A DNA stretch of 64,000 nt from a virus (Duplodnaviria; Caudoviricetes). Numbering within the stretch: position 1 is the first letter of the stretch; every line of letters starts with the position of its first letter. The stretch covers positions 225-64,224 of the IMG/VR virus record IMGVR_UViG_3300037070_003657. The stretch is one strand, 5' to 3'. Made by a program: the position numbers and the translations under genes. The notes beneath the pieces were generated by a model. That model was not told where the DNA came from, did no database searches, and saw only the letters and a program-made list of their open reading frames with translations. Positions 19,029-27,389 of the stretch are shown in pieces.

Positions 19029-19757
19029 CTACTTCCCTGAGGCCAGGAGCAGGAGCGCCTTGGCCTTGTCCTTCGCCTTGTTGAAACCGTCCCACATCCA
19101 GACGGCGGTGGCGATCTGTGGGACCAGGTTCGCACGAACGGCGTTCCAGTCGTCCTTGGTCCAGTCGACCGGTGATGGCATGTCGTCCTCCAGTTCTTTC
19201 TCCCAGGCGTAGAAGTCGTCCAGGGTCTTGTCGATGTCGGCGCGCCACTGAGCGGGCGTGCCGACCGGCCACGGGGGACGGCCCTCGTCGCCAGGGAACC
19301 ACGACTTGTCGAGGTCCACGTTGTGCATCCCCGCCAGCCCGAAGGCGTGCAGGTAGTAGTCCTCGATCTGGCCGGGCACGAACACCCCGACCGGGATGGC
19401 GAGGTGCGGGTGGACCAGCGAGCACATGTGGATGTGGTCGGACCACGGCCCCTGGCTGGGCTTGCGCCACCAGGCTGCCCACCCGCACGAGCGCAGGAAC
19501 CGCTGTGCCGCCGACCAGGTGAGGCCCACGATCATCACGTCCAGACAGCGGTCCTTGTCGTGGGTGCCCGCCGAGACATCCACGTCGTCGTGGTAGCAGC
19601 CCTGAATGATGATCAGCCTGGCGCTGGGGTGCTGCTTCGCCAGCCGCTGCTTCGTGTAGTCGAGGTGATTGGCGGTGGCCTTCGAGCACTGGAAGAATCC
19701 GTGGCCGGTGCTCGGCTGCGAGTAGGTGACCTTCTCGGTCAGGTCGAGGACGGTCAT
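19029..19757 (-). CDS. endolysin, M15-like Zn peptidase
   Basis: QGCY...SAGTHD...D...LR.CGWAAW.R...W.DHIH Zn-ligand pattern (H, D, HxH). Confidence 0.75.
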   Translation of the reverse strand: MTVLDLTEKVTYSQPSTGHGFFQCSKATANHLDYTKQRLAKQHPSARLIIIQGCYHDDVDVSAGTHDKDRCLDVMIVGLTWSAAQRFLRSCGWAAWWRKPSQGPWSDHIHMCSLVHPHLAIPVGVFVPGQIEDYYLHAFGLAGMHNVDLDKSWFPGDEGRPPWPVGTPAQWRADIDKTLDDFYAWEKELEDDMPSPVDWTKDDWNAVRANLVPQIATAVWMWDGFNKAKDKAKALLLLASGK

Positions 19758-20497
19758 GCCTCCAACTCCACGTACAGACCCTCGTGGTCCGTGGTCAGGT
19801 CCGCCCTCGGGATGACCTCGTAGGCCAGCACCCTCACGCCGGGGGTGACGAACACCTCGTCCAGCGACCGCCGGTGCGGGTCGGCCAGCCTCGCGGAGGT
19901 CGCACCCACGGACCCCATCACGCTCTCCACGTACGAGGAGCCCTGGCCGACCAACTCGTTCCAGTCACCGGCTGCGACACCGGCCTGGTTCTTCTGCCTA
20001 GCCGTCCGCAACTGGCCCGCGTAGGCATCCACCTGCTTCTTGTGCTCGCGCCGGATGTGGGCGTCCATGCCGGGTGGGGGCTTGCCCAGCGTCCAAGTGT
20101 GCACGTCGATCAGCCGCCACAGCCTGCCGGTCTTCCGGTCCTCGACCAGCAACTTCGTGAGCCGTCGCTCGGGGTGCCACTTGTCACCGGGGATGGCTGC
20201 CGTGAGGAGGGGGTTGTTGCTGCCGCCCTTGATCTTCTTGAACCGGGAGCGCTTGGCGAAGATCAGGGTGCCGCTCGACGCCGGACCATCGGACTGTGGG
20301 ACGAACCCCATGTTGATCCAGAAGATGGGGTTGTGCGCCAGCCGCGCTCGGGCTCGCACCCGGACGCGACCACACTCCTGGAGCATGGTGATGTTGGGCT
20401 TCTTCTGACGCCGTACGCGCCTGAACCCTCCCTCACGCAGGGACTGTCCGACATGGGTGTTCACGCACAGGATGCGGACGGGCTCGTGCTTCGACAT
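19754..20497 (-). CDS. endonuclease/exonuclease/phosphatase (EEP) family protein
   Basis: N..., LQE, DVH, GDWN, LDEVF, TDH catalytic motifs; ATG 20497 with SD GGGAG. Confidence 0.8.
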   Translation of the reverse strand: MSKHEPVRILCVNTHVGQSLREGGFRRVRRQKKPNITMLQECGRVRVRARARLAHNPIFWINMGFVPQSDGPASSGTLIFAKRSRFKKIKGGSNNPLLTAAIPGDKWHPERRLTKLLVEDRKTGRLWRLIDVHTWTLGKPPPGMDAHIRREHKKQVDAYAGQLRTARQKNQAGVAAGDWNELVGQGSSYVESVMGSVGATSARLADPHRRSLDEVFVTPGVRVLAYEVIPRADLTTDHEGLYVELEA

Positions 20498-20660
20498 TGG
20501 CTGCTCCCTTCCCTGTAAACATACGCCCGGCACGGCGTGTCTTCCGGCAACTCCCTGTGCGTGTGTAGAGTCACCCTCAGAACTGACTGTGGGTCTTGGA
20601 ACCTGGGTCTCTGGCGCGAAGCGCACCCGACTTTCCCGTACACACCCACAGGAGCCCATC

Positions 20661-22340
20661 GTGGACAAGTTCAAGGACATGACCGACGAGGCCCTCGCCG
20701 CACTGCGCGTCGAGAAGAAGGCCGAGTTCGACGCACTCCGCGCCGCCGACACGTTCTCCGCAGAGGAGATCGCCAAGGGTGAGGCGCTGTTCGCGGAGAT
20801 CGGGGAGATCGACGAGGAGACCCAGCGTCGCAGCACCGAGGCCGAGGAACTGGCCGGTCGCGCGCAGGCACTGAAGGACGCCTTCTCCGAGGGTGACGCC
20901 GAGCCGGAGCCCGAGGGCGACGAGGACGAGAAGGACGAGAAGGGCGAGCCCGCCGAGGGCACGGTCGAGGGCGAGACCGAGATCAACCCCGAGGACGAGG
21001 CCAAGGACAAGGTCGAGGAGGGCGCCGAGAAGGCAGCCGCCTCCGGCCGCACCGTCCGGGTCAGCGCCCGCGTCAAGGCCGCTGCCGCCAAGGGCAAGCC
21101 CGACGTGCCGGACAACGCCGAGCGCGTGTCCATCACCGTGGGCGCCGACGTAGAGGGCTTCGCCTCCGGCTCCCGGCTGGAGGGCCTGGAGCAACTGACC
21201 ACGGCAGCCATCAACCGCATGAGCGGCTTCCAGGCCCCGAACGGTGACGGCGAGTCCGAGGACCTGCGCAAGTTCGCGGTCGCCGCGATCAAGCGCCCGT
21301 ACCCCGAGGACCTCACCATCACCCGAGGCGCCACCGAGGACACCATGATGGAGGTCCTCTACCGGGCCTCCAACGAGAGCCGCCTCGACGGTGGAAGCCT
21401 CACCGCCGCGAACGGCTGGTGTGCCCCGAGCGAGACGCTCTACGACCTGTGTGCGCAGGAGACCGCCGAGGGCATCCTCTCGATCCCCGAGGTCAACGTG
21501 AAGCGGGGCGGCATCAAGTACACGACCGGTCCGGACTTCTCCACGATCTACTCCGGCGTCGGCTTCCTCCAGACGGAGGCCCAGGCCATCGCCGGTACCA
21601 CCAAGGCGTGCTACGAGGTCCCCTGCCCGACCTTCACCGACGTGCGGCTCGACGCCATCGGCCTCTGCATCAAGGTGCCGATCCTGCTCAACGTCGGCTA
21701 CCCGGAGGTCACCAACCGGATCATGTCCGGCGCGCTGATCGCCCACCAGCACAAGGTGAACGCCTCGGTCATCTCGCGGATGGTCACCCTCGCGGGTACC
21801 GCCAACGCGGTGACGGACTTCTCGTCCACCACGCAGAACACCCTGGCCGGGCTCGAACTCCTGGCGGACCGGCTCCGTCAGAAGTACGTGCTCTCCATGA
21901 ACCAGACGATGGAGGTCGTCATCCCGTTCTGGGTCAAGGGCGCGATCCGGTCTGACCTCTCGCTCCGCACGGGGCAGGAGTACGACGCGGTCACCGACCA
22001 GCAGATCATGGCTCACTTCGCGGCGCGGAAGTTGAAGGTCCAGTTCGTCTACGACTGGCAGGCGCTCACCGACTACGCCACGACCGAGGGCTACCCGGCC
22101 ACCTACCAGGCGCTCATCTACCCGAGCGGCACCTTCGTGAAGGGCACGACCGACGTGATCAACCTGTCGAGCGTGTACGACGCGGCCAGCCTGGCGGTGA
22201 ACACCTACACCGGGCTGTTCTTCGAGGAGGGCCTGCTCGTCGCCAAGATGTGCAACGAGGCCATGCTCGTCACGCTCGCCATGTCGTCCAGCGGTCGCAC
22301 CGGTATCGCCAACGTCGCGGCTGCCGGGACCGGGGCCTGA
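20661..22340 (+). CDS. major capsid (hexamer) protein with acidic N-terminal scaffold
   Basis: GTG after AGGAG; LTAANGWCAPSETLYD, K.C.EVPCP.F.DVRL...GLC motifs of cluster-B-like capsids. Confidence 0.85.
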   Translation: MDKFKDMTDEALAALRVEKKAEFDALRAADTFSAEEIAKGEALFAEIGEIDEETQRRSTEAEELAGRAQALKDAFSEGDAEPEPEGDEDEKDEKGEPAEGTVEGETEINPEDEAKDKVEEGAEKAAASGRTVRVSARVKAAAAKGKPDVPDNAERVSITVGADVEGFASGSRLEGLEQLTTAAINRMSGFQAPNGDGESEDLRKFAVAAIKRPYPEDLTITRGATEDTMMEVLYRASNESRLDGGSLTAANGWCAPSETLYDLCAQETAEGILSIPEVNVKRGGIKYTTGPDFSTIYSGVGFLQTEAQAIAGTTKACYEVPCPTFTDVRLDAIGLCIKVPILLNVGYPEVTNRIMSGALIAHQHKVNASVISRMVTLAGTANAVTDFSSTTQNTLAGLELLADRLRQKYVLSMNQTMEVVIPFWVKGAIRSDLSLRTGQEYDAVTDQQIMAHFAARKLKVQFVYDWQALTDYATTEGYPATYQALIYPSGTFVKGTTDVINLSSVYDAASLAVNTYTGLFFEEGLLVAKMCNEAMLVTLAMSSSGRTGIANVAAAGTGA

Positions 22341-22349
22341 TCCTCAGCA

Positions 22350-22378
22350 GGGGGAGGGGCTCACGAGGCCCCTCCCCC
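22350..22378 (+). terminator. GC-rich hairpin after capsid gene (terminator/attenuator)
   Basis: GGGGGAGGGGC-tcacgag-GCCCCTCCCCC. Confidence 0.6.
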
Positions 22379-22403
22379 CACCTGGCCCTAGAGAGGAGAC
22401 GAC

Positions 22404-23558
22404 GTGACTGAGACCCTGATCCAGCCGACGCGGTTCTCCGTTCCCGCGATCACCCCGCGACCCGGCGAACTGCTCGACGTGGCGACCATCGTCGAGAGCG
22501 GAATCCAGTGGCTGCCGCGCGAGGGCCTGTTCGAGACCTTCAACTGCGTGCCTACCGGCAACGTGGCGACCATGCCCTGCCCGGTGGTCACCATCGCCGC
22601 GCCCGTCCAGGCTGCGTCCGGCACCGCCACCACCGGCGGCACCCTGGCAGCCACCACCTACCGAGCCGTCATCACCGCGCTGAACGCTCGCGGTGAGACG
22701 GTCAAGTCCAACGAGATCAGCCAGGCCACCACGGGCGCTACGTCCACGGTGACCTTCAACTGGGGCGCGGTCTCCGGGGCCACCGGCTACCGGGTCTACG
22801 TCACCAACGGCGCTGCCGGTACCCAGGCGAACTTCGTCCAGGTCGGAGCCGTGACCACCTACGTCATGACCGCCTACCTCCCGGCTGGCTCCCTGCCGGG
22901 CACTCCGTCCGCCACGAACACGGCAGTCGTGTCGGTCCCCAAGACCTTCTCGAACTCGGGGTTCCAGGACGGCATCCTGTTCGCCGCCTACGCGGGTCAC
23001 ACCTGCAAGGGGATCGGCAACGACGGTGAGGCTGAGACCGAACTCCGTCGAGTCTTCGAGGCCAACGAGTCCATCGCAGTGGAGCGCGCGATCATGCAGC
23101 AGCGCATGGTCGTCAACGGCACCGTGTGGGCTGCCGCCACCGACCTCACTCCTGTCGGTGGTGCTGTCTCGGCCAAGGCCGGGCTCGCCATCCTGGAGGG
23201 TCACGCCTCGTGGAACTACGCGGGCGTCCCGACCATCCACGCACCGCGCTCCATCGGCTCCCTCCTCACGCAGTCCAACAGCATCGAGCGGGACGGCGAC
23301 GCTCTCCGGTCGGTGCTGGGTGCCAAGGTGGCAGCAGGCGGAGGCTACGAGTCCCCGAACACCGGTCCCACCGGTGCCGCGCCGGGTGCCGGAGAGAAGT
23401 GGATGTTCGCCTCCGGCGAGGTGGTCATCGCCCGGTCTGAGATCGTGCCGAAGCAAGAGATGGACCGTTCGACCAACGAGATTCTGACGCTGGTGGAGCG
23501 GATGTACGTGGCCGCAGTCGACTGCTACACGGCAGCCGTCCGAGTGAAGGTGGAGTGA
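22404..23558 (+). CDS. second capsid (pentamer-type) protein with inserted Ig/FN3-like domain
   Basis: follows MCP; ESIAVERA, PTIHAP, GAKVAAGGGY, WMFASGEV, NEILTLVERMYV..VDC motifs. Confidence 0.75.
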   Translation: MTETLIQPTRFSVPAITPRPGELLDVATIVESGIQWLPREGLFETFNCVPTGNVATMPCPVVTIAAPVQAASGTATTGGTLAATTYRAVITALNARGETVKSNEISQATTGATSTVTFNWGAVSGATGYRVYVTNGAAGTQANFVQVGAVTTYVMTAYLPAGSLPGTPSATNTAVVSVPKTFSNSGFQDGILFAAYAGHTCKGIGNDGEAETELRRVFEANESIAVERAIMQQRMVVNGTVWAAATDLTPVGGAVSAKAGLAILEGHASWNYAGVPTIHAPRSIGSLLTQSNSIERDGDALRSVLGAKVAAGGGYESPNTGPTGAAPGAGEKWMFASGEVVIARSEIVPKQEMDRSTNEILTLVERMYVAAVDCYTAAVRVKVE

Positions 23559-23559
23559 C

Positions 23560-23916
23560 ATGAGTGACGAGACCGTAGAGGTTGCGTTCAGCGCCAACAA
23601 CCAGGAGACGGCAGTCCTGCTCCTGGCTGCGGCGGAGGAACTGGGCCTCGACCAGGCGACCACCGTGCGGACCGGTGAGGGCAACTTCATCGTGCCGAAG
23701 GAGGTCGCGGACAAGGCGTTCGGCAAGGGCAAGACCGAGGCTGCTGACACGGCCAAGGTCCAGGCCGAGGCCGACGCTGCTGCCCTGGAGGCTGCTCTCC
23801 GCACCGCCCCCTCCAACGAGGAGGACAAGGCGGGCTACGACGAGAAGCCCAAGGCAGCGAAGAAGACCACGGCCCCGGCCAAGAAGGCTGCGGCCAAGAA
23901 GTCCACGGCGAAGTAG
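23560..23916 (+). CDS. hypothetical head-region protein with Ala/Lys-rich tail
   Basis: TAVLLLAAAEELGL motif; AAKK-rich C-terminus. Confidence 0.7.
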   Translation: MSDETVEVAFSANNQETAVLLLAAAEELGLDQATTVRTGEGNFIVPKEVADKAFGKGKTEAADTAKVQAEADAAALEAALRTAPSNEEDKAGYDEKPKAAKKTTAPAKKAAAKKSTAK

Positions 23917-23926
23917 GAGATAGCCA

Positions 23927-24820
23927 ATGCCTGACACCAGCGCACCCTTCTCACTCGTTCGCGGACGGGTGATGCGGGCCACCAAGGTGGACGCCTGCGG
24001 GAACGTGGTCCTCGGACCCGACTCGAAGGTCACCTCGAAGGGGTTCATCTCCGTCGACCTGACGGCGAACACCGAGGCAGGCACCGCGATCTCTGTGACG
24101 AACGCCAACAACGACGTGTGCATCCTCGACGAGCCTCCGGCAGCCTTCACCGGCTACGGGGTCGTCGTGAACTTCTGCGGCGTGGACCCCGACCTCATCC
24201 GGCTCATGACTGGCCAGCAGATGGTCATGGACGCGGCGGGCACCCTCGGTGTCGGCTTCCGGGTCAACAGCAAGGTGGACCTCTCCGGGGTCGGCTTCGC
24301 TCTGGAGGTCTGGTCCGTGGTCCCGGCCGCAGCCTGCGTCCCTGGCTCGGCTGGGAACTACGGCTACGTCCTGCTCCCGTTCATCAAGGGCGGGTACCTC
24401 GGTGACTTCTCCATCGCCAACGACGCGGTCAACTTCACCCTCTCCGGTGCGGTGACCAAGGACGGGAACGCCTGGGGAGTCGGCCCGAACAACGTCACCA
24501 CCAACGTGGCTGGCAACCCGGCCCCGCTGAACCTGGCGATGGACGACACCGACCACCTGCACGTCGAGAAGGTCAGTGTGGCACCGCCGACTCCGGTCAA
24601 CGGCGCCACCGCAGTGGGCGTCCCCGCCACCGGCGCGACCGCCGGTGTTCCGGGCGCGTTCACACCGGCCAACTCCTACGCACCGCTGAACCTGGCGGGC
24701 ATGACCGGCATCACGGCCTCCCCCGGCACCAACTGGACCGTGGGCCAGCGGGTCCTGCTGCGCGACGGGACGTTCGCACACTGGAACGGCACCATCTGGG
24801 TGGCTGGAGCCCACCCGTAG
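23927..24820 (+). CDS. major tail protein
   Basis: VRGRVMRATKVDACG, FCGVDPDL, FALEVW, YGYVLLPF, W..GP motifs. Confidence 0.85.
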   Translation: MPDTSAPFSLVRGRVMRATKVDACGNVVLGPDSKVTSKGFISVDLTANTEAGTAISVTNANNDVCILDEPPAAFTGYGVVVNFCGVDPDLIRLMTGQQMVMDAAGTLGVGFRVNSKVDLSGVGFALEVWSVVPAAACVPGSAGNYGYVLLPFIKGGYLGDFSIANDAVNFTLSGAVTKDGNAWGVGPNNVTTNVAGNPAPLNLAMDDTDHLHVEKVSVAPPTPVNGATAVGVPATGATAGVPGAFTPANSYAPLNLAGMTGITASPGTNWTVGQRVLLRDGTFAHWNGTIWVAGAHP

Positions 24821-24857
24821 GCCAGCCAGGAAGACCTCCAGGGGGTGGAGGGCAACG

Positions 24858-24891
24858 GAGGAGCCTCGATCTGCCCGGATCGAGGCTCCTC
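24858..24891 (+). terminator. 14-bp hairpin after major tail gene
   Basis: GAGGAGCCTCGATC-tgcccg-GATCGAGGCTCCTC. Confidence 0.7.
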
Positions 24892-24909
24892 GTCTGAGAA
24901 GGTGGAGCC

Positions 24910-25677
24910 ATGAGTGAACCGATCCCCGAGTTCGGCGGCTGCCTGTGGCCGACCGACCCCGCCTGCTTCGACGACGAGTGGCAGGCGATGGACGAGGCCA
25001 TCCGAAACAGGGCGCTGGCGTACGCCTCGTCCACGCTGGAGCGCCTCACAGGGCGTCAGGTAGGTCATTGCCCCGTCACCGTCCGCCCGATCCTCCAGAC
25101 GGCATCCTGCTTCATCCCGTTCGAGGGCACGGCCTGGCTCCACCCCGGTGTGAACGTCTTCGGCAACTGGGTGAACAACTGCGGCTACGTCAGCGGCTAC
25201 CCCGGTGGCCCCTCCGCCGTCCAACTGCCCTTCCCCATCGGCCGCGTCGACCAGGTGAAGATCAACGGTGGCGTGGTCGCCCCCGCCGACTACTGGGTGC
25301 AGTCCAACCAGTTCCTCCGGCTGGCCTCCAGCATCACGCCGCCCACCATGCAGGACCTGAGTAAGCCCGACACCGAGCCCGGCACGTTCAGCGTCACCTA
25401 CCTCAACGCCTGGCCGGTGGACGCCCTCGGTGCCAACGCCGCAGCCCTGCTGGCGGTGGAGTTCGCCAAGGCGTGCGCTGGTGAGGAGTGCGACCTGCCC
25501 AGCGGGGTCACGCAGATCGTCCGCCAGGGCATCTCCATGACCATCGACACCGGGTCCTTCACCGATGGCAAGACCGGCATCCAGGCCGTGGACTCCTTCA
25601 TCGCGCTCTGGAACCCCAAGGGCCTGACCCGTGGGGCCAGCGTCTGGTCGCCCGACACTCCCAGGGTTGCCTGGTGA
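24910..25677 (+). CDS. head-to-tail adaptor
   Basis: CLWP.DP.C, LTGRQ.G.CPVTVRP, LA.EFAKAC...C.LP..VT...RQG, TGI..VD..I..WNP. Confidence 0.8.
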   Translation: MSEPIPEFGGCLWPTDPACFDDEWQAMDEAIRNRALAYASSTLERLTGRQVGHCPVTVRPILQTASCFIPFEGTAWLHPGVNVFGNWVNNCGYVSGYPGGPSAVQLPFPIGRVDQVKINGGVVAPADYWVQSNQFLRLASSITPPTMQDLSKPDTEPGTFSVTYLNAWPVDALGANAAALLAVEFAKACAGEECDLPSGVTQIVRQGISMTIDTGSFTDGKTGIQAVDSFIALWNPKGLTRGASVWSPDTPRVAW

Positions 25678-26186
25678 GCGCTCTCGCTGACGCGCTCAAC
25701 GAGCAGTTGCTCGACCTGGCCGCGTGCCTGTGCAGCCAGATCGAGGAGGAGGACCTGCCCGAGCCCTGCTACTGCGGGGTGGTGCCCGGTGACGCGGTGG
25801 CCGTGGACTACGTGACCATGAACTGCGGCAGGAAGAACGGGCTCGCGTTCGTCCGGCTCGCCCAGGTGTACCCGGCCAGCCGGGTGGGCGTGGTCAACCA
25901 GACCCTCAACAACTGCTCGGCAGGGATCGGCGTCGAGGCCGAGGTCGGGATCATCCGCAGAGCACCCGCCTGGGGAAAGAAGGGCGAGCCGCCCACCGAC
26001 GCCGCCAACCTCGCCGGGTCCAACCTCCTGGTCGACGACATGGCCGCGATCCTGGCCGCGATCCAGTGCTGCTTCGGCAACCCCACCGACCCCACCAAGC
26101 AGATCGACCACATCGTGCAGACCTACCGCCCCACCATCCTGGGCGGTGCGCTCGGCGGGTCCTTCGTGGTCATGTGGGCCTACTGA
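25674..26186 (+). CDS. tail terminator / tail completion protein
   Basis: GTGA-coupled; C.....VVPG, G.AFVRL, EVGIIR, AIQCC; gene position. Confidence 0.65.
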   Translation: MSALADALNEQLLDLAACLCSQIEEEDLPEPCYCGVVPGDAVAVDYVTMNCGRKNGLAFVRLAQVYPASRVGVVNQTLNNCSAGIGVEAEVGIIRRAPAWGKKGEPPTDAANLAGSNLLVDDMAAILAAIQCCFGNPTDPTKQIDHIVQTYRPTILGGALGGSFVVMWAY

Positions 26187-26671
26187 TGCACCTCGAACTC
26201 ATCGCCACCGAGGTCCACGACGAGGTGCTGTTCGTGCCCGGTGGAGAGATCAGCCGGTGGGTCTACGGCGTCGCCAGCGAACTGCACTTCTACACGCTGA
26301 ACGAGGCCCCCATGAACAAGCGGCCGAACAAGACCAGCAACTCCCCGCCACCGGGCCACCTCATCTCCATGCTCAACAGCGACGTGACCCAGGTGGGCAA
26401 GGTCTTCGACATCGTGGAGCGCTCCCGTGCCTCCTACTCGCGCTACGTCATCGAGGGCACCGGCACCATCTACGCCCGCAGTCCTGACCGCAAGGGCTTC
26501 GCCACCGCAGGTGAGGGCGGCGGTGCCATGTACCTGCCCGCCAACCCCGGCTACGGCCGAGGGCGGTGGCGGCAGCGCGTCCGTGGCCAGAGCGCGAACA
26601 ACTTCCTGGGCAGGGCCTACGACCTCACAGCCAGGACACACCCGGCCTTGAAGGGCATCTCGATGGAGTGA
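26186..26671 (+). CDS. HK97 gp10-like neck protein
   Basis: YSRYVIEGTG...VRGQSANNFL motif. Confidence 0.65.
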   Translation: MHLELIATEVHDEVLFVPGGEISRWVYGVASELHFYTLNEAPMNKRPNKTSNSPPPGHLISMLNSDVTQVGKVFDIVERSRASYSRYVIEGTGTIYARSPDRKGFATAGEGGGAMYLPANPGYGRGRWRQRVRGQSANNFLGRAYDLTARTHPALKGISME

Positions 26672-26673
26672 CG

Positions 26674-26687
26674 TTTATCCGGATAAA
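26674..26687. repeat. TTTATCCGGATAAA palindrome (extends to 20 bp, 26671-26690)
   Basis: ACGTTTATCCGGATAAACGT immediately after the stop codon. Confidence 0.95.
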
Positions 26688-26778
26688 CGTGACTCCCCCA
26701 ACACGCTGAGAGTAGATCGCCGGCACTCGCACTGCCTATCCTCTGTGAGGACAGTTACCACCCCCACCGAGGAGAACC

Positions 26779-27177
26779 ATGAAGCAGTTCGAGACAGCCG
26801 TCCGGGCAGCCGAGGCCGAGGACGACAAGCCGGACCTGGAGTTCGACCTGGACGGCGTGATGTGCCAGGCGTACTACCCAGGCGACGGGCAGTTGGCCTT
26901 CCTGATGGCCAGCACCGGCAGACACCAGCCCTCCTCCGAGCGAGTAGCCGGACTGGTCAACTTCTTCGTCGCCGTGCTCGACGACGACTCCCACTCCCTC
27001 ATCGTCAACCGGCTCCTCGACCGCGAGGACACCTTCGGCCTGGAGGAGATTCAGAACATCTTCGAGTGGATGGTCGAGGAGTGGTCTGGCCGCCCTACCA
27101 AGCAGCCCTCCGACTTTCAATCATCACAGCGGAGTGCTGGCCAGACCTCGAAGCGTCGTACCCCGGTCAAGCGCTGA
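26779..27177 (+). CDS. tail assembly chaperone (G)
   Basis: precedes tape measure; EEWSGRPT motif; SD GAGGAG. Confidence 0.8.
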   Translation: MKQFETAVRAAEAEDDKPDLEFDLDGVMCQAYYPGDGQLAFLMASTGRHQPSSERVAGLVNFFVAVLDDDSHSLIVNRLLDREDTFGLEEIQNIFEWMVEEWSGRPTKQPSDFQSSQRSAGQTSKRRTPVKR

Positions 27178-27389
27178 TCCACCTACCCCTGCACCGTCTC
27201 TTCAACCTGGTCTACGTCTGGTGCATCAACAGACTCGCCCAGGGTGAAGGCGGCAAGGAGAGAGTCGAGGAGTGGAAGATGGACCTGATGGCACCGCTCG
27301 ACCCGGACGCTCCGCCCTCTGAGGAGGAACTGGAAGCCGAAGGTGACCTGTTCATGAACAGCCTGGCCCAGTTCGGAGGAGGCAAGTAG
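27091..27389 (+). CDS. tail assembly chaperone -1 frame extension (GT)
   Basis: overlapping -1 frame ORF PYQAALRL...LFNLVYVW with no clear start of its own; likely slip at CGCCCTAC. Confidence 0.6.
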
